Assembly (NCBI GenBank): GCA_963664405.1
Contig: OY761158.1
Location: 512,001-576,000 of the forward strand
Origin: Thermoanaerobaculia bacterium
GTDB taxonomy: Bacteria > Acidobacteriota > Thermoanaerobaculia > Multivoradales > Multivoraceae
Reading direction: 5' to 3'
DNA length: 64,000 bases
Shown one piece after another: positions 1 to 10,153 of the stretch. The position numbers and the translations under genes were made by a program. Below the pieces are notes generated by a model. It had not been told where the DNA came from. It ran no database searches and was given only the letters and a program-made list of their open reading frames with translations. Position 1 is the first letter of the stretch; every line of letters begins with the position of its first letter.

Positions 1-789
1 ATCATCGTAATCGGCGCGATTGTGCTCGCGGCGGTCTTTGCTCCCTGGATCGTGCCGACGGACCCAGAGGAGATGGACTTCGACAACCTTCTCAGCGGGT
101 TTAGTAGCCAGCACCTGCTCGGCTCGGATCAGATGGGGCGAGACACACTCGCGCGGCTCATTGTCGGCGCTCGAATCGCGTTGATGGTGAGCCTCGGCGC
201 GGTCGGTCTCGGGGCCCTCATTGGCGTACCTCTCGGCCTGATTGCAGTGTATTTCCGGGGCTTCGTCGACGACCTGATCATGCGCGTGATGGATGCAGTA
301 GTGGTGTTCCCGAGTCTCTTGATCGCGGTCGGTCTGGCCGCGGCCCTGGGGGGATCTCTGAAGACCGTCATCATCGCCATCGGTATTGCCAACGTCCCTT
401 GGATGGCCCGCATTGTCCGCAGCCAAGGGCTTTCCATCCGCGAGCTCGACTACGTGGCGGCCGCGGAAGCGGGCGGTTTGAGTAGCCAACGAATCATCTT
501 CAGGCACATCCTGCCAAACACGCTTGCCCCGGTCATCGTTCAAGCTACGCTGAGCATGGGCTATGCCGTTCTCACCGAGGCCGCTCTCAGCTTCATCGGT
601 GTGGGCATCCAACCACCGACTCCGACCTGGGGCAATATGCTCCAGCAGGCCTTCCCCATGCTCGACCAACAGCCTTTGCTGTCGATCGTGCCCGGGTTTG
701 CCATCTTTCTGTTGGTCCTGGCTTTCAACTTCATCGGCGACGCTTTGCGCGACGTTCTCGATCCGCGCCTCCGAGGCGTGATTCATTGA
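1..789 (+). CDS. Peptide/nickel ABC transporter permease (DppC/OppC family), probably 5'-partial
   Basis: HLLGSDQMGRD motif, EAA loop (YVAAAEAGG...IIFRHILPN), C-terminal GDALRDVLDP; the frame is open to the window start. Confidence 0.9.
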   Translation: MIVIGAIVLAAVFAPWIVPTDPEEMDFDNLLSGFSSQHLLGSDQMGRDTLARLIVGARIALMVSLGAVGLGALIGVPLGLIAVYFRGFVDDLIMRVMDAVVVFPSLLIAVGLAAALGGSLKTVIIAIGIANVPWMARIVRSQGLSIRELDYVAAAEAGGLSSQRIIFRHILPNTLAPVIVQATLSMGYAVLTEAALSFIGVGIQPPTPTWGNMLQQAFPMLDQQPLLSIVPGFAIFLLVLAFNFIGDALRDVLDPRLRGVIH

Positions 790-831
790 TATAGCCTGCC
801 GCCAAATACACCAACTGGAGACGAGGAATAG

Positions 832-2394
832 ATGTCACAAGATCCACCAGACCGCAGCGGCGCGGAGAGCCTGGTTCAGACCTTCGTCGATAGTGGCGTC
901 GACGTCTGCTTCGCCAATCCAGGCACTTCGGAGATGCATTTCGTCGCCGCTCTCGACACCAACCCTGGGATGCGCTGTGTCTTGGGCCTATTCGAGGGCG
1001 TCGTTACCGGAGCCGCCGATGGTTACGGTCGGATGAAAGGCTCCCCCGCCGCGACACTCCTCCACCTGGGGCCCGGGCTCGGCAACGGCCTCGCCAACCT
1101 CCATAACGCCAAGAAGGCCCACACACCCGTCGTCAACGTAGTCGGCGACCATGCAACCTACCATCGCAAATACGACGCGCCCCTGAGCTCCGACGTCGAA
1201 GCGATCGCTCGACCGGTATCGGGCTGGGTAAAGGTTTCCGAATCTGCGGACGATGTCGCCTCCGACGGTGCCGAGGCGGTGCAAGCCGCGATGGCCCCTC
1301 CTGGGCAGGTGGCCACCCTGATCTTGCCCGCGGACACGGCATGGAACCGCACCCGAGCGACCGCCGTGCCACTCAAACCGGTGGCGCCAGATCCTGTCGA
1401 CAGCGACCAGGTAGAGGACGTGGCGAAGGCGCTGAGCAGTGGCGAGCCTGCCGTTCTGTTGATCAACGGGACCCTCACCGCCGAGCGAACAGCGCTCGCG
1501 GATCGCATCGCCCGAGCCACCGGTGCGCGCCTGATCATGGACACTTTTGTCTCTCGCCTGCAGCGCGGCGCGGGCCGAGTGCAGGTCGCGCGACTCCCCT
1601 ACTTTGGCGAGCAAGCAGCCGAAGTGCTCGCCGGCACCAAGCACCTGATCCTGATCAGTACTCAGCCACCGGTCACCTTCTTCGCCTACCCGGAAAAGCC
1701 GAACTGGCTGACGCCGGAAGGTTGCACAATCCACACCTTGGTGGAGCGCGACGGCGATGTCGATGGAGCCCTGGACGCGCTGGCACAGGCCGTCGGGGTG
1801 GGATCTCAGCAAGCCGAGCTGGTGGCGCCGGAGCGCCCACCTCTCCCGACCGGCGAGCTCACCACCCGTTCGGCCGGGCAGGTAGTGGGGCACCTCTTAC
1901 CGGAGAATGCGATCGTGGTCGACGAGGGCGGAACGTCGGGAGCCGGCGCGACCTACGCGACCCGCGGAGCTCCGCCCCATGACTGGTTGATCCTGACCGG
2001 CGGCTCCATCGGCTACGGGCTACCGACAGCCACCGGGGCTGCAATCGCCTGCCCCGACCGCCCAGTTCTCTGCCTCCAGGCGGACGGCGGCGGGATGTAC
2101 ACCCTGCAGGCGCTGTGGACCCAGGTTCGCGAGCAGCTCAACGTCACCAACCTCATCTTCGCCAACAGAAAGTACGCGATCCTGCAGATCGAGTTCGGCC
2201 GCGTCGGAGCTCATGCGCCGGGGCCGAAGGCGATGAGCATGCTCGACCTGACCAACCCCGAGCTGAACTGGGTGTCGCTGGCCCGGGGCATGGGTATGCC
2301 GGCCTCGCGAGTCACTACCGCGGAAGAGCTCAACAAGGCCCTCGCCGCTTCGCTCAGCGAATCTGGACCCTCCTTGATCGAGGCCGTTCTCTAG
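832..2394 (+). CDS. TPP-dependent acetolactate synthase large subunit-like enzyme
   Basis: CFANPGTSE, LHLGPG and TPP-binding ADGGGMY...N motifs; RBS GAGGA upstream. Confidence 0.85.
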   Translation: MSQDPPDRSGAESLVQTFVDSGVDVCFANPGTSEMHFVAALDTNPGMRCVLGLFEGVVTGAADGYGRMKGSPAATLLHLGPGLGNGLANLHNAKKAHTPVVNVVGDHATYHRKYDAPLSSDVEAIARPVSGWVKVSESADDVASDGAEAVQAAMAPPGQVATLILPADTAWNRTRATAVPLKPVAPDPVDSDQVEDVAKALSSGEPAVLLINGTLTAERTALADRIARATGARLIMDTFVSRLQRGAGRVQVARLPYFGEQAAEVLAGTKHLILISTQPPVTFFAYPEKPNWLTPEGCTIHTLVERDGDVDGALDALAQAVGVGSQQAELVAPERPPLPTGELTTRSAGQVVGHLLPENAIVVDEGGTSGAGATYATRGAPPHDWLILTGGSIGYGLPTATGAAIACPDRPVLCLQADGGGMYTLQALWTQVREQLNVTNLIFANRKYAILQIEFGRVGAHAPGPKAMSMLDLTNPELNWVSLARGMGMPASRVTTAEELNKALAASLSESGPSLIEAVL

Positions 2395-2490
2395 CCAAAG
2401 TCGAGTCCAGCCCCACACGGAGCTCCGGATGCGCCGTCCGCGGCACCATGTTATTTAGCCGAAGGAAATGATAGGGATCATTTCCGTAAG

Positions 2491-3288
2491 CTAAGACGAC
2501 GCCACCGCCCCTCCATCGCAGGTAATGGTCTCACCGACGGTGTAGGCGCCGACGCGTGAGCACAGAAAGATCGCCAGGCCGGCAATATCCTCCTTCGTCC
2601 CCACGCGGCCGCGGGGATTGCGGCGGCCGATGCTGTCCCAGTCTTGTCCCTCCACCTTGCCGCCGAAGCCCACGCCTGCCGACAACATCCAGCTCGGGAA
2701 CGGACCGGGGGCGATCGCGTTGACGATGATGTTCTCCTTGACCAGGTGGGCCGCCAAGACCCGCGTCAGGTGGTGGACCGCAGCCTTCGACGGGCCGTAG
2801 GAGAAGTTGTCGAAGATCGGGGTCTTGATGCCATCGACCGAGCCTACGTTGACCACTCGCGCCGGATCCTCATCAGTTGCCGAGGCCCGCAACAGCGGCA
2901 GCAGCTTCTGAGTGAGGAAGAAGATCCCCTTGACGTTGACGTCCATGACCTTGTCCCAGCCAACTTCGGGGAAGTCGTCGATGGGAGCTCCCCAGGTCGC
3001 ACCCGCATTGTTAACGAGAATGTCGAGCTTGCTCTCTCGCTCGCCGAGCGCCGCAGCGAGGGCCTCGATGCCCTCGAGCTTCGAGAGGTCTGCGGGCAGG
3101 GGTACGCACTCGCCCCCATACTCCCCCATGAGTCGCTCGGACGTCGCGGCGCATGCGTCCGCTTTTCGCGAGCTGATGTAGACCTTGGCGCCGTTGGCGA
3201 GGAACCCGGCAGTGATCATCTCGCCGATCCCTCGCGAGCCGCCCGTGACGACGGCGGTCTTTCCCTCGATTGAAAACAGATTCTTCAC
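2491..3288 (-). CDS. Short-chain dehydrogenase/reductase
   Basis: TGGSRGIG, NNAG and YGPSK (YxxxK) motifs. Confidence 0.9.
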   Translation of the reverse strand: MKNLFSIEGKTAVVTGGSRGIGEMITAGFLANGAKVYISSRKADACAATSERLMGEYGGECVPLPADLSKLEGIEALAAALGERESKLDILVNNAGATWGAPIDDFPEVGWDKVMDVNVKGIFFLTQKLLPLLRASATDEDPARVVNVGSVDGIKTPIFDNFSYGPSKAAVHHLTRVLAAHLVKENIIVNAIAPGPFPSWMLSAGVGFGGKVEGQDWDSIGRRNPRGRVGTKEDIAGLAIFLCSRVGAYTVGETITCDGGAVASS

Positions 3289-3345
3289 AGTAGATCTCCT
3301 TTTGTATTGATGAGAGCGCCTTAGTGTTGTGTCTCCGACATGGCA

Positions 3346-4512
3346 CTAGGTAGGCGGGTATTTGGCGAGTCCAGCCTCGTCGGGCTCCGTGCCCCAGCCG
3401 GGCCGGTCGGGAACGACAATGTGGCTGTTCTCGATCTCGGGCACTTCGGTAAAAAGCTCTTCGTCCCAAGGCAGGCGGTCGATGTCCGTTTCCATGATGC
3501 GCAGGTTTGGCACCGCCGCGCTCAGGTGAACGTTCATCATCGTCGACAGATGGCCGTAGTAGTTGTGGGGCGCCACATTCACCTCATAGGCGTCGGCACA
3601 GGAGGCGATCTTCATCGACTGCCAGACCCCGTTCCACACCGCGTCGATGATCGCGACATCCATCGATTGGGCCGCAAAGAAGGGCAGGAACGCCTGCTGG
3701 GTGATGAGCGTTTCGCACGAGCTGATCGGGTGCGGACTGGCGTTGCGAATCGTCGCCAGATTGGCCGGCGAGAGCGTATCGATCTCGATCCAGAAGATGT
3801 CGAGATCGGCAAGAGCCCGAACGATCTTCAGATAGCCCTCGGTCCTGGCGTTGAAGTTGAGGTCGAGGAGGATGTCTACGTCAGGACCGGCGCCCTCTCG
3901 GAACGCCTGCAAATGGCGACGGATGTCGTTGATCGTCTTCCTCTCGATGTTCCGCGCCGGCTCGAACGGCCGACCGAAGCCTGGCGCCCAGCCTCGGGGC
4001 GTGCCACTGCTGTAGTCGAAGATATTCGTCTTGAGCCCGGTGAATCCTTTCTCGCGAACCTCCGCACCCATAGCTTTGACGCCGTCGAGGTCGGTGATCG
4101 CCTTGCCATAGACATCCGACCGGCCGATGCGCCAGGTTCCACAGTGAGACCAGTAGACCCGGACCCTGTCGCGCACCTTGCCACCCAGGAGCTCGTAACA
4201 AGGCACGCCCAGCCGCTTTGCGTTGGCATCGAGAACCGCGTTCTCGATCGCCCCGATCGCCATCGCCATCACCCCTGACATCGACTGGCGGGCTCGCGAC
4301 TGCAGGCGCTGATAGATGAGCTCGATGTCGTTCACCCGCAGCCCGACAACCAGCTTGCCGAGTCTCTCGACGACGGCGGTGACGCCGAAGGCCCCCTGGT
4401 GCTCGTCGTACTCGCTCCACCCGACGATGCCCTCCTCGGTCGTGAGCCGTACAAAGTGGTAGTTGCGCCAACCGGCGTCGCAGTGACGAGTCTCGATCCC
4501 GGTGATTTTCAT
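3346..4512 (-). CDS. Mandelate racemase/muconate lactonizing enzyme family (galactonate dehydratase-like)
   Basis: Enolase-superfamily features: GVPCYELLGG, acidic metal ligands, APHN, PDRPGWG. Confidence 0.85.
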   Translation of the reverse strand: MKITGIETRHCDAGWRNYHFVRLTTEEGIVGWSEYDEHQGAFGVTAVVERLGKLVVGLRVNDIELIYQRLQSRARQSMSGVMAMAIGAIENAVLDANAKRLGVPCYELLGGKVRDRVRVYWSHCGTWRIGRSDVYGKAITDLDGVKAMGAEVREKGFTGLKTNIFDYSSGTPRGWAPGFGRPFEPARNIERKTINDIRRHLQAFREGAGPDVDILLDLNFNARTEGYLKIVRALADLDIFWIEIDTLSPANLATIRNASPHPISSCETLITQQAFLPFFAAQSMDVAIIDAVWNGVWQSMKIASCADAYEVNVAPHNYYGHLSTMMNVHLSAAVPNLRIMETDIDRLPWDEELFTEVPEIENSHIVVPDRPGWGTEPDEAGLAKYPPT

Positions 4513-4641
4513 GCGCGCGACATTACATGAAACGAGCCCTTTCTGGGCATGTCGTGGAGGTTTCTCGCTCCGCTCGATCTAGTTTAGGCGCTCGAAGCCG
4601 CACTTGGAAGATGACTACTTAATCGTTAAAGTAGTCACATC

Positions 4642-4920
4642 ATGACCGATCGGAAACGGCGACAAAGCGGCATCCGGACGCTTAAGAACGAGGCACCGCG
4701 TATCCTCAGTGAGGTTCGTGAAGAAGAGGCTGAGTACGTCATCACCCATCGAGGGAAGCCAGTTGCCGTCATTCGTCCCTGGTCGGCGGAGGACGAGCGC
4801 GACGAGCGCGCATCCCGAGCTCGGGACTACATCGCCTCAGTCGACGACTTCGCCAAGCGGGTGGCGGAGCGCGCAGGCAAAAAGACAGCGGCGGCAGCGG
4901 TCTCGGGTCAGAGGCACTAG
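4642..4920 (+). CDS. Phd/YefM family antitoxin
   Basis: GIRTLKNEAPRIL...YVITHRGKPVAVI pattern; lies upstream of a PIN toxin. Confidence 0.85.
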   Translation: MTDRKRRQSGIRTLKNEAPRILSEVREEEAEYVITHRGKPVAVIRPWSAEDERDERASRARDYIASVDDFAKRVAERAGKKTAAAAVSGQRH

Positions 4921-5091
4921 ACCAGCGTTTCCAAAGTTCGGGCTGCATAGCTCGAGCTCATTCTGTTCGCTGGCCAGGCGCGCCGACGCAGGCATATTGG
5001 GCAATATGTCGAGGAGCGCGGGGGCGCCTAGCCAACGCCGGCAGCGGGCAGAAGGGGCCGAGATATGTGCGCGAACTTTGGAAACGCTGGT
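4921..5091. mobile_element. MITE-like element, copy 1 (171 bp)
   Basis: Perfect 20-bp terminal inverted repeat ACCAGCGTTTCCAAAGTTCG...CGAACTTTGGAAACGCTGGT; flanks CTAG/ATAG; near-identical copy at 24159-24316. Confidence 0.85.
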
Positions 5092-5110
5092 ATAGAGAGG
5101 AGAGGGCTCA

Positions 5111-5515
5111 GTGGCCGTGGTTGATGCCAGCGTGTGGGTCTCGATCTGCCACGCGGGCGATCGCTTTCACGGGCGATGCCGTGATTTGCTCTCGAGCCGT
5201 CTGGCGAACGGTGAAGTGCTGATCGCCCCCAGCCTTCTCGCGGTCGAAGTCGCGGCAGCGATCCGGCGCCTAACCGGCGACGCTTCGCTCGCCGCCGAGG
5301 CAAGCAAGGGGTTGTTGGAGGCAGGCCCGGTTCGTCTGTTTCCGCTGACGCACTCACGCAGTCGAGCTTCGGCCGAGCTTGCGGCGCGGCTGGGGCTTCG
5401 CGGCGCCGACGCCGTGTACCTGGCACTGGCGGTGGAAAAGGAGAAGGGTCTGGTGACGTTGGATCGTCAGCAGCTGGAGCGCGGTCGAGGCGTCGTCAAA
5501 GTATCGCGTCCCTGA
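5111..5515 (+). CDS. vapC: PIN-domain (VapC family) toxin
   Basis: N-terminal VVDASV, LRGADAVYLALA and LVTLD motifs. Confidence 0.85.
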   Translation: MAVVDASVWVSICHAGDRFHGRCRDLLSSRLANGEVLIAPSLLAVEVAAAIRRLTGDASLAAEASKGLLEAGPVRLFPLTHSRSRASAELAARLGLRGADAVYLALAVEKEKGLVTLDRQQLERGRGVVKVSRP

Positions 5516-5545
5516 GCCCTCAGTTTCCCCTGCTAGACTGACGGC

Positions 5546-5776
5546 GTGACGGACGTGGTGCCCAAAGAGTCGCCTTTCGAGCCCGACCCCGTCATCGAGG
5601 CGTACAAAGCGGGCATCGATCGGACGCTGCTCTGCGAGAACCTGAAGCTCTCGACCGAAGAGCGAATTCGCAACCTAGCCCAGTTGCAAAGGTTCGCTGA
5701 GGAGGTGCGACGCGCCGGTGCGCGCCATCGCGATGACCGACTCCGAAGGTCTGCTACGTCGCCTGCAAGAGACTGA
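5546..5776 (+). CDS. Small hypothetical protein coupled to a nucleotidyltransferase (possible TA partner)
   Basis: 76 aa (GIDRTLLCENLKLSTEERI); overlaps the next gene. Confidence 0.55.
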   Translation: MTDVVPKESPFEPDPVIEAYKAGIDRTLLCENLKLSTEERIRNLAQLQRFAEEVRRAGARHRDDRLRRSATSPARD

Positions 5777-6218
5777 AGTCGATTTCGTCGTGGTCGGAGG
5801 TGTCGCCGCGATCGCGCACGGATCTGCGCGCCTCACGCAGGACCTCGACATTGTCTACGAGAGATCGGCCGAAAACCTCGCGCGTCTGGCTTCCGCCCTC
5901 AGAGAAACCAGGCCTTACCTGCGAGGAGCCCCACCGGGCCTTCCCTTCGTTCTCGACGAAGCAACCCTTCGCCGTGGTCTCAACTTTACTTTGAGCACAG
6001 AGTTGGGCGACCTCGACCTTCTCGGTGAAGTCGCCGGCGGCGGCAACTACGAGAATTTGCTCTCAGGGAGTGTGGACCTCCAGATTTTCGGCCGGAGCTG
6101 CAAGTTCGTCGATCTCGCAACACTCATCCGACTCAAGAGGGCTGCGGGGAGGCCGAAGGATCTCGAGACCATCGCCGAGCTGGAGGTTCTCCTCGAGGAT
6201 CCGACCGCGGAGTCTTAG
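5733..6218 (+). CDS. Nucleotidyltransferase-fold protein
   Basis: VVGGVA...HGSARLTQDLD (GG..DxD) and LKRAAGRPKD motifs. Confidence 0.75.
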   Translation: MTDSEGLLRRLQETEVDFVVVGGVAAIAHGSARLTQDLDIVYERSAENLARLASALRETRPYLRGAPPGLPFVLDEATLRRGLNFTLSTELGDLDLLGEVAGGGNYENLLSGSVDLQIFGRSCKFVDLATLIRLKRAAGRPKDLETIAELEVLLEDPTAES

Positions 6219-6264
6219 TCGATCGTCCGCCAGCCGTCGGCCGTCCAGATACCCTGCCCTCCTG

Positions 6265-7851
6265 TCACCGTCTGTCTGACTCCGAACACATCTCTAATTT
6301 CGATTGTATGGGTGTCGCCTTACGCGGGTCGCATGCATAGATTTCGCGAACAAGGCCCCCCGGCTTTAACAGCACCCATCTGCCCGCGGTGCCGAAGTAG
6401 CGGATCGCCGGCGTTTCATGGGGCCCGCGCCCTCCACTCGGAAGTGTGCAGGCCCGACGAGGCTGGGCCCCAAGCGCCGACAGCTGCCAGACGCTCTCAC
6501 CCACCTCGTCGGCTGATTGAGGCGAGATACCCAGCCACACCACTCCTCCGACGCCGTCCTCACCGAAAGACCCTATCTGCAATTCGGCCTCCGGACCCTC
6601 GCGAACAACGCCCGTATCGTGATCGAGGGCGACGACTCGCGACGGGACGCCCGGATCTGTCGATTCGAGCACCACCGCCGGAAGACCCTCGAGGAGTGGC
6701 AACGCTGTATTTCCGAACCAGCGAATCTCTCCGAGAGCGGGCGCAGCCAAGCTCGCTCCGGCCTCGAGCGGCCATGGTCCCGACACCTCGCCATGGACAC
6801 TCACAGTCAACCACCAGCTGTCCCTAGCCACGAAGCGCGAAGACCGAAGCGTGATCAGAAGGGTCTCGTCGTCGATCCACGAAGCGACCCATGGGCCGAG
6901 TGGCTCCGTCGCCGGCAGCTCGAGAGAGCGAAGGGACAGATCCTCCTCGAGCACGATCACGTTGCGGTTGCGCTGCCAGCGCTGTCGAGCCTTTGGCGTC
7001 TCTGAATCGGGATAGCTGTCACCCCAGAAGGTCCAGGCGAAGCGCCGTCCCTGAGGCGACCAGCCAAGGGGAGCGCGATGGTAAGTGTCCTCGACATCGA
7101 GGTAAGTGATCGCGCCCTGCCGATCAAGAGCAAGCCACCGTCGATCGTTCTGACTCGTGTATTGGTCCATCACCGCCACTCCGAGCTGGCGCGAGGCAAA
7201 GAGGTGTTGCCCTCCCCACAGCTGCGAGGTCACTCTTCTGGTGTCGCCGGTGACGATCACTGGGTGGGCAAGAAAGTCGCCGCCAGCGGCGGGTTCCAGC
7301 CCGATGGCCGAATCATCTCCAAACGGCAGCTTGAAGCGCGCGGGTCCCGATACGCCGAGGGGCGCGTAGAGAATTGACAGCGCGTAGGCGACTGTCACCA
7401 GCGAGAAGGGGACGAGGACGGCAAGGCCCCGCCGCACGCGACGGCGATCGTCCGGTGCCCTGATGCTCGCGGCCCATGCAGCGATCAAGAGCGACAGGGC
7501 GGCGCCGCTGAGAACAGTCGTAGTGAAGCCGATGGACGCGGGCAAGGTGAGCCCGTAGGCCCTATGAAGTCTTTCAGCATGGGGCACGAGTCTGGGCGTG
7601 GCGCCGGCGCCGGTCCCGACGACCAGCAACAGCAACAATGCAAGGCGGCCTGCCGCCGCAGAAGACTCACTGACCGCCGAGGCAAAGAGTCCAGCTCCAA
7701 GAGCGAGGGCTAGTACGAGCCCGGCGAACACGATGGGGCTCCCGACTGAAGGAGCTAACTCCTGGAGATTCGAGAGTGCTTCGTAGCCGAGATCGTTGAG
7801 CGAAGGGCCGCGGCGAAGCTCGAATGCGAAAAGGGCGCGGATCGCGGTCAC
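6265..7851 (-). CDS. Membrane protein, probable ABC permease partner
   Basis: Several hydrophobic N-terminal helices; overlaps the stop of the upstream ABC ATPase. Confidence 0.6.
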   Translation of the reverse strand: MTAIRALFAFELRRGPSLNDLGYEALSNLQELAPSVGSPIVFAGLVLALALGAGLFASAVSESSAAAGRLALLLLLVVGTGAGATPRLVPHAERLHRAYGLTLPASIGFTTTVLSGAALSLLIAAWAASIRAPDDRRRVRRGLAVLVPFSLVTVAYALSILYAPLGVSGPARFKLPFGDDSAIGLEPAAGGDFLAHPVIVTGDTRRVTSQLWGGQHLFASRQLGVAVMDQYTSQNDRRWLALDRQGAITYLDVEDTYHRAPLGWSPQGRRFAWTFWGDSYPDSETPKARQRWQRNRNVIVLEEDLSLRSLELPATEPLGPWVASWIDDETLLITLRSSRFVARDSWWLTVSVHGEVSGPWPLEAGASLAAPALGEIRWFGNTALPLLEGLPAVVLESTDPGVPSRVVALDHDTGVVREGPEAELQIGSFGEDGVGGVVWLGISPQSADEVGESVWQLSALGAQPRRACTLPSGGRGPHETPAIRYFGTAGRWVLLKPGGLVREIYACDPRKATPIQSKLEMCSESDRR

Positions 7852-8696
7852 GACTTAGTTCCAGTGATCGCGATGAAGATGTCTTCCAAATCCACGGGTT
7901 CCGCAAGCGCGCCGGGAAGCTCGGCGGAGAAGGCACGCCACGCCTCTTCGTCCCACTGGGTCGCCAGGGCTCCTCCCTCCGCCGCTAAAGCAGCCAGCTC
8001 GTGAGGCAGATCGTCGGCGAAAGCAGGAAGACTGAGGCGCCTGCAGCGCTGTCGCAGCTCCGTGACACCTTCGTCGAGGATCACTTTCCCCGATTGCAGC
8101 ACAACGATCCGATCCAAGGCTCGATCGACCTCGGCCAACAGATGAGTGCTGAGAAGAACACCCGAGCCGGCCTCGGTGGCTGAAGCAAGCAGCTCGCCTA
8201 GAAGCAAGCGACGCGCCTGTGGATCGAGTCCGAGACATGGATCGTCGAGAAGTAGGAGGCGCGGGCGATGAGCTAGAGCGAGAAGCAGCGCAAGGCGCGC
8301 CACCTGCCCTCGGGACAAGCGGTCGCCACGCGCGGCCGGGTCGATCTCGAATCGCTGTGACAGCTGCTCCGCAAGGGCCGGATCCCATCCAGGCATGGTT
8401 GCGGCCTGAAAAGCGAGGATCTGGCGGATCCGCATCCGCGGAGGGAAGGCAGGGCGCTCAGACATCCACCCCACCTGACCCAGGTGCTTTCGCGTGATCG
8501 GATCGACTCCGAGGATCTCGATTCGCCCTCGGTCAGCCTCGAGGAGACCCATCAAAATACGTAGAGTCGTGCTCTTACCGGAACCGTTGTGACCCGCGAG
8601 ACCTACCACCTCCCCTGTGTCGAGCGAGAAACTCACCCCGTCGAGAGCAGTCTTGCGACCGTACTTCTTGGCAACACCCTGCACTTCAAGCAGCAT
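7848..8696 (-). CDS. ABC transporter ATP-binding protein (YtrB-like)
   Basis: Walker A GHNGSGKST, LSRGQ signature, LLLDDP; start MLLEV overlaps the GntR stop. Confidence 0.88.
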   Translation of the reverse strand: MLLEVQGVAKKYGRKTALDGVSFSLDTGEVVGLAGHNGSGKSTTLRILMGLLEADRGRIEILGVDPITRKHLGQVGWMSERPAFPPRMRIRQILAFQAATMPGWDPALAEQLSQRFEIDPAARGDRLSRGQVARLALLLALAHRPRLLLLDDPCLGLDPQARRLLLGELLASATEAGSGVLLSTHLLAEVDRALDRIVVLQSGKVILDEGVTELRQRCRRLSLPAFADDLPHELAALAAEGGALATQWDEEAWRAFSAELPGALAEPVDLEDIFIAITGTKS

Positions 8697-9090
8697 GACT
8701 GGTCTCCTTCCATCTCTCGACAAGTGATTCGAGGGTCTCATCGAGGTCGAGGCCGAGACTGCGAGCCACTTCGATCGTGGCATCGAGCTCACGCAGCACG
8801 GCGCGGCGGGCCAGGGGCGCAGCTGCACCCCGAGCTTCGTCTGCAACCACACTGCCAACCCCGCGCACCGGCCGGGAGAGTCCTTTCGCTTCCATCTCAC
8901 GGATGGCCCGCGCAGCCGTGTTCGGGTTGATCCGCAGGTCGGCAGCGAGTGAACGTACAGACGGTAGAGGGTCGCTAGGAGCGAGCTCACGACTCGCAAT
9001 CGCGAATGCGACAGATTCTACGAGCTGCTCGTAAAGCGGAACCGCACTCGAGTCGTTGATGCGAGGTCGCCATCCGTATCTGTGTACCAT
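8686..9090 (-). CDS. GntR family regulator, YtrA subfamily
   Basis: PLYEQL...LPSVRSLAADLRINPNTAARA winged helix; short C-terminus; precedes ABC genes. Confidence 0.9.
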   Translation of the reverse strand: MVHRYGWRPRINDSSAVPLYEQLVESVAFAIASRELAPSDPLPSVRSLAADLRINPNTAARAIREMEAKGLSRPVRGVGSVVADEARGAAAPLARRAVLRELDATIEVARSLGLDLDETLESLVERWKETSHAA

Positions 9091-9103
9091 TACACTAATA
9101 CAC
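9082..9103. promoter_or_regulatory. Candidate YtrA-type operator (GTGTA-N12-TACAC)
   Basis: Inverted repeat GTGTACCATTACACTAATACAC overlapping the GntR start; resembles YtrA-family autoregulatory sites. Confidence 0.5.
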
Positions 9104-9213
9104 TAAGTCTCGATCACGAGTTTGTCAAGCGAGCAAACTCGACGGACCGAGCTCGGCCGCTAAGATGTACCGCACTTCAGTTGCGCATACACTCTCTAAC
9201 GAGGAGATTGACG

Positions 9214-10122
9214 ATGTTCGGATCGCAGTTGCACAACAGTCGCACCACTTGGGAGGCGATCGAGGCCAGCCTGAAAAGGATGGAGTCCGGACGCTGGACC
9301 AGCGCATGGTTCTGGGATCACTTTCTACCCCCTCTGAGCAGAACCGACGAGATCATGGAGCACGACACTCTGGACAACTTCGAGGGTTGGTCGCTTCTCT
9401 GTGGCGCCGCGGCGATAACCAAGCGCCTGAAGCTCGGCGTCTTGGTAACCGGGAACACCTATCGCAACCCCGCCCTACTGGCAAAGATGGCAGCGACCGC
9501 CGATCACATGTCGGGCGGCCGTGCGATCCTGGGAATCGGGGCCGGCTGGAACGTCCGCGAGCACGAGGCCTACGGATGGGACTTCCCCACCATGGGCGAG
9601 CGCTCCGATCGTCTCGAGGAAGCCTGCGCGCTGATCAAGGCTCTCTTCACTGCCGAAGGCCTGGTCGACTACAAAGGCAAGTACTACAGCCTCCATCAAG
9701 CGCCGTTCGCCCCCAAATGCGTGCAGACACCTCACCTACCGATCATGATCGGCGGCATGGGAGAGAAGCGAACCCTTCGTACCCTCGCCATGTACGGCGA
9801 CATCATGAATGTGATCGCCGGCCCTGAGGAGGTAAAGAGACTCGGTGGAGTCTTGGAACGCCATTGCGAGTCCGTGGGGCGTGACCCGGCGGAGATCCAG
9901 CGTACCGCTCATGTTCCGATTCGAATTGAGAAGGACGAAGCCAGAGCCCGTGAGCTACGCGGCGAGCGCGACTGGGCGATGATCGGACCCGTCGACTTCG
10001 TCATCGACCGAACCCAGGACTTCATCGACGCCGGCATCACCGAGTTCACCTTCCAGTTGGTTCCCAACAAGCCCGAGGTTTACGACGAGATCGATCGCGA
10101 AGTGCTCAGCGCGTTCGACTGA
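9214..10122 (+). CDS. LLM-class flavin/F420-dependent oxidoreductase
   Basis: WFWDHF, YRNPALLAKMAATADHMSGGR and GAGW motifs; RBS GAGGAG before ATG 9214. Confidence 0.88.
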   Translation: MFGSQLHNSRTTWEAIEASLKRMESGRWTSAWFWDHFLPPLSRTDEIMEHDTLDNFEGWSLLCGAAAITKRLKLGVLVTGNTYRNPALLAKMAATADHMSGGRAILGIGAGWNVREHEAYGWDFPTMGERSDRLEEACALIKALFTAEGLVDYKGKYYSLHQAPFAPKCVQTPHLPIMIGGMGEKRTLRTLAMYGDIMNVIAGPEEVKRLGGVLERHCESVGRDPAEIQRTAHVPIRIEKDEARARELRGERDWAMIGPVDFVIDRTQDFIDAGITEFTFQLVPNKPEVYDEIDREVLSAFD

Positions 10123-10153
10123 AAGAGCCGCCGCTGGATTTGGAGAAGCTGCT

